Origin: Synechococcus sp.
GTDB lineage: Bacteria > Cyanobacteriota > Cyanobacteriia > Thermostichales > PCC-7336
NCBI GenBank assembly: GCA_051439425.1
Contig: JBFRWD010000079.1
Span: 1-11,227, forward strand
Length of the DNA: 11,227 nucleotides
Direction: 5' to 3'
A program made the position numbers and the translations under genes. Of the stretch, positions 1 to 6,474 are shown piece after piece; the stretch's first letter is position 1; every line of letters starts with the position of its first letter. The notes beneath the pieces were generated by a model. That model had not been told where the DNA came from, did not search any database, and saw only the letters and a program-made list of their open reading frames with translations.

Positions 1-89
1 GTGGTTTCTTGTCTGAGAGTGCTGCCTCCCCTCCTATTCGTCAATCCCTGACCCTTTCCAACAGCCAGAACCCCATCACTGCAAGGGCT

Positions 90-896
90 TTAGTCGACAC
101 TATAAGATCTTTTGTCAGTCAACCAGCGTACGCGCTCGCTCAATTGCACCTGATCGGGACTAAATCCCGCCTGTGTTAAATGGGATAAGTGAGTGCTGTC
201 TCGATATCGAGCATCCAGTTGCACGGCACGCGCGTAGGCATCACTGGCAGCGCCAGGCTGCTGCTGACTGTGAAGGGCGATCGCCAACGCCACCCAAGGA
301 TGCGGATTATCCGGTTCCAGATCGGTTGCCCGCTGGGCATGGTTCACAGCCAGATCGAACTGTTCCAGGCGCTGATACGTCAGACTGAGATTGTACTGGG
401 CAACTTCGTTGTCGGGTTGCAGCTCTATTGCTTGGAGATGTGTCAATTTGGCGTCGTTGAGCTGACCGTTGACCAGATACACAATGCCCAGAGCATTCAG
501 AGCAGGCAAGAAGTGTTCGTCATCAGTAAGCGCTGCTTGCAAAGCCTCGATGGCCGCATCGGGTTGTCCGGCCAAGTGCAATGTCCACCCCAAAATGACG
601 AATCCATCTAAATTATTGGGGTCGAGTGTGACCCCTTGTCGAAATGCAGCGATCGCTTCATCAAGCTGCCCTTGGCTACGCAGTTCCAATCCCAGTTGAC
701 GATATCGAACAGCAGCAGCGACCTCAGCAGATGTAGGGGCAGTCACTTCCACGGCGCTTAAAGAACGTTGCGGAATTTCACTATTGTCTCGGGGGTCGGA
801 ATCAGAAGCTTGCTCGGGAAGCCTGGTACAAGCCATGCTCAAGCTAACTACGCTAACGCTCGCACCAACCCAAAGCCATCGGAGAAAGCCAGTCAT
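90..896 (-). CDS. Tetratricopeptide-repeat (TPR) protein with N-terminal signal/possible lipoprotein segment (268 aa)
   Basis: About five TPR-like repeats (e.g. GQLDEAIAAFRQGVTLDPNN, AQYNLSLTYQRLEQFDLAVNHAQRATDLEPDNP). Start placed at ATG 896 (MTGFLRWLWVGASVSVVSLSMAC), which overlaps the upstream TGA stop (TGATG). The hydrophobic N-terminus ends in Cys. Confidence 0.88.
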   Translation of the reverse strand: MTGFLRWLWVGASVSVVSLSMACTRLPEQASDSDPRDNSEIPQRSLSAVEVTAPTSAEVAAAVRYRQLGLELRSQGQLDEAIAAFRQGVTLDPNNLDGFVILGWTLHLAGQPDAAIEALQAALTDDEHFLPALNALGIVYLVNGQLNDAKLTHLQAIELQPDNEVAQYNLSLTYQRLEQFDLAVNHAQRATDLEPDNPHPWVALAIALHSQQQPGAASDAYARAVQLDARYRDSTHLSHLTQAGFSPDQVQLSERVRWLTDKRSYSVD

Positions 897-1312
897 CAGT
901 CCCCCATGGCATGCACGATCAATTCTCGGCTGTGAGGACGATCTCGATGTTCCCACAGGTAAATGCCCTGCCAAGTACCCAGCATCAAACGTCCGTTCGA
1001 GATCGGAATGTGTTCGGATGTGCTCGTCAGAACAGTGCGGATATGAGCGGGCATGTCGTCCGGCCCCTCCATCCCATGCCGATAGCGATTATCTTCCGGC
1101 ACCAACTCAGCTAAGAATGTTGCTAAATCTTTGAGCACGTCGGGGTCGGCATTTTCTTGAATCACCAGACTGGCGGAGGTGTGCTGCAAAAACAACGTAC
1201 AGAGGCCCGATTGAATCCCCGATTGCTGCACGATGCGATTGATATCACTCGTGACGCGGCTAAACGATTTACCAATCGTTTGCACGCGCAATATGTCTCG
1301 ATGCTGCTTCAT
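896..1312 (-). CDS. yjbQ: YjbQ/UPF0047 family protein (secondary thiamine-phosphate synthase-like), 138 aa
   Basis: Family motifs HTSASLVIQENADPDV, YRHGMEGPDDMPAHIR and LGTWQGIYLWEHR. Start placed at ATG 1312 (MKQHRDIL) to match typical family length. Confidence 0.92.
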   Translation of the reverse strand: MKQHRDILRVQTIGKSFSRVTSDINRIVQQSGIQSGLCTLFLQHTSASLVIQENADPDVLKDLATFLAELVPEDNRYRHGMEGPDDMPAHIRTVLTSTSEHIPISNGRLMLGTWQGIYLWEHRDRPHSRELIVHAMGD

Positions 1313-1444
1313 TCCGATAGACGCCAAATAGGCGCGATCGTACGGTGTCGCCGCAGCCAACTTACCAAAAACTAGCCGACCTGCCAGCCTTCCAAACATT
1401 TCGGCTAGATTTTGCCCGCGATCGCATAGCTGCTGGCTTATCTA

Positions 1445-2273
1445 GGGCGTGTCATCAGTTAAGCCAGATGACGGAAGCTGCTAAATATATTGCTCCAAGG
1501 AAGCGACGAGAGGTTTTGTCGCAGCGAGTAGCAATGGCTCGGTACTGCTTAAGCTTGGCAAAAAAGTTCTCGATCGAATGACGAGCTTTATAGAGATGCT
1601 TGTCATTAGAGTGGGGAGATTTGCGACTGGACTTGGGTGGAATCACCGCAACACATCCCTTTGCTTTCAATCGCTGACGGACACGTTCATTGGAATCGTA
1701 GGCGTTGTCCCCAAGCACCGCCTCCACCTCATCATCCAGTTTCTCTAGCAAGACATCAGAGCCCTGCAAATCATGCTATTACCCAGCGGTGAGGTGAAAA
1801 CCTGTCAGGTTTCCCAAGGCATCGCAAGTGGCATGAATCTTGGTGCTCAACCCTCCTTGACTTCGTCCGATCGCTTGCTCGATTCCATCTTTTTTGGGGC
1901 TCCAGCACTCTGTTGATGGGCGCGCACAATGGTGGCATCAATCATGGCGTATTCGTTATCTGCATCTTCGGCCAACACCTTAACTATCTTTTCCCACACA
2001 CCGCTGCGATTCCAACGGCTAAAGCGAGTGTGGACCAATCAAAAATCTCTAAAGCGTTCCGGTCAGTCCTGCCAGGGTATCCCTGCCCGATAGCGGTAAA
2101 AGACTGCATCCACAAACAGCCGATTGTCCTTGGCTGTGCCACCCACATGCCCTTCGCGTCCAGGGAGAAAGTCCGTTATCCGTCCCCATTGAGCGTCCCG
2201 CAGCCCGTAGCGACGCATCTCACACCTCGTTTAGGGCTCTTTATGACACATTTGTTTGACTGATGACACGCCC
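1445..2273 (-). mobile_element. IS5-family insertion sequence (IS427-like, two-ORF frameshift type), 829 bp, probably non-autonomous
   Basis: Terminal inverted repeats GGGCGTGTCATCAGT (1445-1459) and ACTGATGACACGCCC (2259-2273). Flanking TA at 1443-1444 and 2274-2275 within a CTAG context. IS5-type transposase remnants inside. The exact boundary depends on whether the target duplication is TA or CTAG. Confidence 0.93.
1455..2218 (-). pseudogene. IS5-family transposase pseudogene (orfA/orfB joined by -1 frameshift, four premature stops)
   Basis: Manual translation from ATG 2218: MRRYGLRDAQWGRITDFLPGREGHVGGTAKDNRLFVDAVFYRYRAGIPWQD*PERFRDF*LVHTRFSRW...IDATIVRAHQQSAGAPKK. Then A_AAA_AAG at 1895-1889 and the -1 frame DGIEQAIGRSQGGLSTKIHATCDALGNLTGFHLTAG**HDLQGSD...GDNAYDS...RHSIENFFAKLKQYRAIATR...IWLN*. 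Stops at 2063-2065, 2039-2041, 1779-1781 and 1776-1778. Confidence 0.92.
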
Positions 2274-2320
2274 TAGGAACAGTGTCTTAGCTAGAACGGT
2301 TCCTAGCCTAGAACAACACG

Positions 2321-2563
2321 CTAAGTCGGAACCATCTCGCCGGGTCTCAGTTGGGCCCACTTATTGCGATGCTCCACAAAGCTATCGCAGCCAACCACGT
2401 CCCACTCCATCTCCTGCCCGTTATTACGGATATTGACATTAATTTGTGGGCGAACGGCGACAAACGTAGGAGAGTCGGTCAGATGAGGCTGTAGATGTTG
2501 AGCCTCCACTGCGTGATAGGTCTCGCAGCGATCGACAAAGTCGCAATGTATGCAGATGCACAT
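2321..2563 (-). CDS. ycf34: Ycf34 family small Cys-rich (Fe-S) protein
   Basis: Characteristic MCICIHCDFVDRCETYHAVEAQH...EWDVVGCDSFVE...W pattern, 80 aa. Confidence 0.92.
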   Translation of the reverse strand: MCICIHCDFVDRCETYHAVEAQHLQPHLTDSPTFVAVRPQINVNIRNNGQEMEWDVVGCDSFVEHRNKWAQLRPGEMVPT

Positions 2564-2806
2564 AGAAATTTAGCCTTTTTGGTAGCGAGTATGACTGTTT
2601 AGGTCTATGGTAGTTGGGGCTCAAAACCGATCTTGAACCATCCTGGCTCAATTCCTCTTGTTTGAGCGATAGTCGCTGTTTCCTGCCATTCCAGGGCGTC
2701 TAGGCTACGAAACAAATCATAAAGAAACGTTTTAATATTTGCTGCTTGAACCCGAAAACCTCCTTAAAGAAGACCGAGCTTACGCAAAAAAGTGGTAGAG
2801 GGGTGA

Positions 2807-2835
2807 TTGCTTTTTTAGAGCAGAATCGCTATACT
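2807..2835 (+). promoter_or_regulatory. Predicted sigma70-type promoter for the DUF3155-like gene
   Basis: TTGCTT (2807-2812), 17-bp spacer, TATACT (2830-2835). Predicted transcription start near 2842. Confidence 0.6.
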
Positions 2836-2925
2836 TCAGGCGGCTTATGTATCCAACGTGACATAACGTAACGGGATCGCCACATCCTTTTTTTTATTCG
2901 TTACTTACTCCCTGGGAGGCTTTCT

Positions 2926-3231
2926 TTGGCTAGAAGACGGAAGCGCAAGAGTCGTCGCAGACAAGAAGGACGCAAAATTTTGGAACTGATCCCTCAGTTC
3001 AATCTGGATAGTGGTAGTGAAAAACCTGTTACTGCTGCCAGAGGCTACATTTCAGCGCAAGGAATTACTCCTCCTGCACTATTGCTAGTTCGTCGTAACG
3101 AGCACACTGTGGATCGCTTTTTCTGGGCAGAGAAAGGTTTGTTTGGCGCACAGTATGTTGAAGAGAACCACTTTTTGTTCCCCAGCCTGCGCTCTCTAAT
3201 CTCTGATGAGCCGGTAGTCGCTGGCCGCTAG
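2926..3231 (+). CDS. Conserved cyanobacterial protein, DUF3155-like (101 aa, basic N-terminus)
   Basis: MARRRKRKSRRRQEGRKILE...KPVTAAR...RRNEHTVDRFFWAEKGLFGAQYVEENHFLFPSLR resembles the DUF3155 family as recalled. TTG start preceded by GGAGG (2915-2919). Confidence 0.85.
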   Translation: MARRRKRKSRRRQEGRKILELIPQFNLDSGSEKPVTAARGYISAQGITPPALLLVRRNEHTVDRFFWAEKGLFGAQYVEENHFLFPSLRSLISDEPVVAGR

Positions 3232-3323
3232 AGGTTTCGCGTTTACGGCGCATCATTAGCGCACTTAAGTATCAGATCAAGATCCTGTACAGGTTCAACG
3301 TCACGATTGACTCATGTTTTTAG

Positions 3324-3361
3324 AAAAAGCCAGCTCGTTCACCCGAGCTGGCTTTTGTTTT
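3324..3361. terminator. Bidirectional intrinsic terminator between convergent genes
   Basis: AAAAGCCAGCTCG-TTCACC-CGAGCTGGCTTTT is a perfect 13-bp inverted repeat (3325-3356) with an A-tract before and a T-tract after. Confidence 0.88.
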
Positions 3362-3379
3362 AGATTTGATGTCCACGTC

Positions 3380-4036
3380 TTAGGGTGAAACAGTAATATC
3401 CACAATTTTGGCTTCCGAGCGATTGATGCGTTGGATTTCGTGACCGAGGCGATCGAACGACACAGAGTATATCGTCAAGGCATGACGCATACGAGCTCCC
3501 TTTAACCCCGTTATCTTAATCGTGAACACACGATTTCTATTCAAATATTGCGGAGCTAGTTGCCGATCGTCTGGTTTTAATGGGGAGCGATCGGTCTTCT
3601 GGGGTATGACAGACGGCGGTGCTGAAATCGCTACTTGAGAGGTTCCTGGATCTGTCAGCCGAACCGAAGGGTGATGTGCATTTTCAGGCGAGTTTGCAAA
3701 TGACTTAGAGCACTCCTTGCGGTTTTTTTGGGTAACTGGGGAGCGATTGGCTGAGGAATCAAGAGAAGGTGCAGGTGTAGTAGAAGCGACGGGGCTCGAG
3801 GCCTTGGACTTGCGTTTCGCAGAACGGGTAGAGGCTTTAAGAGGCCTCTTAACAGATACCGGCTGGGTTGTGGTTAGCAGCTCCATCACCTGTCGAGCTT
3901 GAGATTTAGTAATGGTGCTGGAAGCAGAATTAGCGTGAATCCCCACCTGTTTGCAGGCATCGAGAATCGGGTTGCAATTGTCCAGTCCAAGATCTTTTCT
4001 TAGGCTGTAGATCCTCACCTTCTTCATCACCATCAC
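3380..4036 (-). CDS. Two-domain protein: IF2 N-terminal-like domain, low-complexity linker, C-terminal CpcD/allophycocyanin-linker-like domain
   Basis: N-terminal KKVRIYSLRKDLGLDN..ILDACKQVGIHANSASSTITKSQARQV resembles the cyanobacterial IF2 N-terminus (KVRIYELSKELNLDN...CxxLxI..KSHSSTI). C-terminal RVFTIKITGL...RMRHALTIYSVSFDRLGHEIQRINRSEAKIVDIT resembles the CpcD domain. The start could be 4036, 4033 or 4027. Confidence 0.75.
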   Translation of the reverse strand: MMVMKKVRIYSLRKDLGLDNCNPILDACKQVGIHANSASSTITKSQARQVMELLTTTQPVSVKRPLKASTRSAKRKSKASSPVASTTPAPSLDSSANRSPVTQKNRKECSKSFANSPENAHHPSVRLTDPGTSQVAISAPPSVIPQKTDRSPLKPDDRQLAPQYLNRNRVFTIKITGLKGARMRHALTIYSVSFDRLGHEIQRINRSEAKIVDITVSP

Positions 4037-4307
4037 CTAGATGTGGAGTTAAAGGGACAGATAAAAGTGCCCTTGCAGATTATTATTACTCCGTCAAAAA
4101 AGAAGGCGCTGCCTCTGTTTACTAAACGTTGAGATTGGTGGGATCGCTATTCATCAGTCGATTGACTGATTGCCTCTGAGGAAATGAGTGATGACTGTAG
4201 ACTCGTTTCGATTGCCAGTTGACAGATTATCGTCGCTACTAGCTAACACTAGATGTGGAAATATGTGCTCGCTGAAGTGCTTGCAATCTGAGGTATAACC
4301 GGATTGA

Positions 4308-4336
4308 TTGACGTAACCCAATCGCAACTCTAAGAT
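4308..4336 (+). promoter_or_regulatory. Predicted sigma70-type promoter for the ABC transporter operon
   Basis: TTGACG (4308-4313), 17-bp spacer, TAAGAT (4331-4336), 75 bp upstream of ATG 4412. Confidence 0.6.
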
Positions 4337-4411
4337 TGAGCGCGAACTTTAGGCTTGAATGCTATTGGCAATAGAACGCTGACGCTGTGACAACCATGAG
4401 GGACGAGAGTA

Positions 4412-5452
4412 ATGGTGGCTGAAATGCGATGGTCGAACCGTTTTGCCGTGGGCGCACTCGCAGCAGTCTGCACTCTGGGACTGGCGGCTTGCGGACCATC
4501 CACCAGTAATTCTGATAGCTCCCAAGGCACTCGTGCTGATAGAGATGTTAAATCGGTGGCGGTCACGCAAATTGTCGAGCATCCTGCCTTGGATGCTGCT
4601 CGAGATGGTATTCGGGACGAACTTGCTGAGGCTGGATACGTAGACGGTGAAACATTAAGGTGGGAGTGGGAAAGCGCTCAGGGAAACCCAGCCACAGCCA
4701 CTCAGATTGCCAGCAAATTTGTAGGGGATGGGCCAGATGCCATTGTGGCGATCGCCACTCCATCCGCCCAGGCCGCAGTTGCGGCCTCCGATTCGATTCC
4801 GGTCATCTTTTCGGCGGTCACCGATCCAGTGGGTGCAGAGCTAGTGGATAGTTTGCAGTATCCCGGTGGTCTGGCAACTGGCGTGACTGATTTGTCTCCG
4901 ATTGGCGATCATCTGGATTTGATCGTGGAGATTTTGCCGGATATAGAGTCAATCGGCGTAATATATAACGCTGGTGAAGATAACTCGGTCAGTTTAATGA
5001 AGCTGATTTTGGCCGAGGCTCCCGAGCGAAATTTGGAAATTGTAGAAGCTACAGCAACTCGCTCCAGTGAAGTGAGCGGCGCAGCTCAAAGTCTGGTGGG
5101 AAAAGTGGATGCTATCTACGTACCGACAGACAATACTGTTGCTTCTGCCCTGGAATCAGTGATTGCTGTCGGTCAAGACAATCAACTTCCCGTATTTGCC
5201 GGCGATACCGATTCTGTAGGGCGAGGGGCGATCGCCTCTCTCGGATTTGATTATTACGATGTCGGTCGCCAGACAGGTGCCCTCGTCGTGCAGGTTTTAG
5301 AAGGAGCCGATCCAGGTATGCTACCCGTTCAACGGGTTGAGCAATTGAATCTAGTGCTGAATCTCGATGCTGCCGCCGCAATGGGCGTAGAGATTCCAGC
5401 AGAGGTGGTCGATCGGGCTAACGACATCACGGACGGCACTGTACCTCAATAG
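4412..5452 (+). CDS. ABC transporter substrate-binding lipoprotein (ABC_sub_bind/COG2984 type; characterised members bind aromatic amino acids)
   Basis: Lipobox LAAC. Motifs QIVEHPALD, AQGN, IATPSAQA, PVIFSAVTDP, YNAGEDNS and YVPTDNT. Alternative start at 4424. Confidence 0.9.
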   Translation: MVAEMRWSNRFAVGALAAVCTLGLAACGPSTSNSDSSQGTRADRDVKSVAVTQIVEHPALDAARDGIRDELAEAGYVDGETLRWEWESAQGNPATATQIASKFVGDGPDAIVAIATPSAQAAVAASDSIPVIFSAVTDPVGAELVDSLQYPGGLATGVTDLSPIGDHLDLIVEILPDIESIGVIYNAGEDNSVSLMKLILAEAPERNLEIVEATATRSSEVSGAAQSLVGKVDAIYVPTDNTVASALESVIAVGQDNQLPVFAGDTDSVGRGAIASLGFDYYDVGRQTGALVVQVLEGADPGMLPVQRVEQLNLVLNLDAAAAMGVEIPAEVVDRANDITDGTVPQ

Positions 5453-5496
5453 GACATCTCTTGAGATATTTGTGTGGTGTTGGGCTCGGCCAATGG

Positions 5497-5532
5497 TTGA
5501 GTGGGACAACAACCTTGAGTAGGACAACAACC
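5497..5532 (+). repeat. 18-bp tandem duplication in the binding protein-permease intergenic region
   Basis: TTGAGTGGGACAACAACC (5497-5514) and TTGAGTAGGACAACAACC (5515-5532), one mismatch. A degenerate third copy may follow. Confidence 0.85.
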
Positions 5533-5550
5533 TCGATCTAGGGCAGCACA

Positions 5551-6474
5551 TTGAATTGGATCGCATTTATTGGGGCGCTGGAAACGGGTCTCATCTATGG
5601 ATTAGTCGCCTTGGGGATCTATCTCTCCTTTCGGGTGTTGGACTTTCCCGACCTGACGGTGGACGGAAGCTTTGCGCTAGGGGGCGCGGTTGCAGCGGTG
5701 GCCATTGTGCAGGGGATGAATCCTTACGAAGCTACGGCGATCGCTGCTGTTGCTGGAGGCTGTGCGGGTTTAGTTACCGCGTTATTAAACGTGCAGCTTG
5801 GCATTTTGAATCTGCTGGCCAGCATTCTGACCATGATTGCCTTGTACTCGATTAACTTGCGGGTGATGGGACGGCCGAACGTTCCCCTCCTCAATCAGAA
5901 CACCATCTTTACCCCCTTCGAGCACCTGAGTTGGCTACCCGATCGCTGGGTGGAGCCGATAGTGTTAGCTGTTGTAGCGATTGCAGCCAAGGGCTTTATT
6001 GACTGGTTTTTGGCCTCCGAAATTGGTTTGGCTATGCGGGCCACCGGAGCCAACACCACAATGGCCAGGGCTCAGGGGATCTCGACTCGGGGCATGATTG
6101 TGTTGGGCATGTCCCTCAGCAACGCTTTAGTGGGGTTGGGAGGGGCGCTGTTTGCCCAAACGTCATCCTTTGCTGATGTGTCGGTGGGCGGAGGAACGAT
6201 TGTGTTTGGATTGGCTGCCGTGATTGTGGGGGAATCGCTGTTGTCGGGGCGATCGGTCTGGGTGGCTACGACAGGTAGCTTGCTGGGTTCAATTGTGTAC
6301 CGGCTGGTGGTGGCACTGGCCCTGAATGTGGATGGATTGGGGTTGCGATCGCAGGATCTCAATCTGATTACAGCAGTACTCGTCACAGTAGCCTTAGTGC
6401 TGCCGAATGCCCGCAATCCGTTGAAGCGGTTACTGCAGTGGGGGGCATCTGTGAGTGGGAGAGTCAATCAATGA
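5551..6474 (+). CDS. ABC transporter permease (BPD_transp_2/COG4120 type)
   Basis: Multi-TM protein with the motifs SFRVLDFPDLTVDGSF, LLASILTMIALYSINLRVMG and GLAMRATGAN. TTG start. Confidence 0.92.
   Translation: MNWIAFIGALETGLIYGLVALGIYLSFRVLDFPDLTVDGSFALGGAVAAVAIVQGMNPYEATAIAAVAGGCAGLVTALLNVQLGILNLLASILTMIALYSINLRVMGRPNVPLLNQNTIFTPFEHLSWLPDRWVEPIVLAVVAIAAKGFIDWFLASEIGLAMRATGANTTMARAQGISTRGMIVLGMSLSNALVGLGGALFAQTSSFADVSVGGGTIVFGLAAVIVGESLLSGRSVWVATTGSLLGSIVYRLVVALALNVDGLGLRSQDLNLITAVLVTVALVLPNARNPLKRLLQWGASVSGRVNQ

Noticed and set aside
897..974. N-terminal extensions from the ORF track (TPR start at 974, yjbQ at 1399, ATPase at 6438)
   Set aside because: The TPR and ATPase extensions overlap upstream genes and the yjbQ extension adds non-family sequence. 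ATGs at 896, 1312 and 6471 fit family starts or stop-start coupling.
1913..2263. 116-aa antisense ORF inside the IS, and other short overlapping ORFs (e.g. 189..611, 784..1134, 6072..6467, 7632..8039, 10716..10982)
   Set aside because: These are shadow frames of well-supported genes, with no recognisable motifs.
3380..4036. Calling this gene infB or cpcD
   Set aside because: It lacks the IF2 GTPase and C-terminal domains, and it is far longer than canonical ~80-aa CpcD. Only single domains resemble each.
4219..4250. Perfect TTGACA -35 box
   Set aside because: There is no convincing -10 hexamer at 16-18 bp spacing. The 4308-4336 candidate fits better.
5497..5550. CRISPR array
   Set aside because: The repeats are adjacent with no spacers, only 18 bp long, and there are no cas genes.
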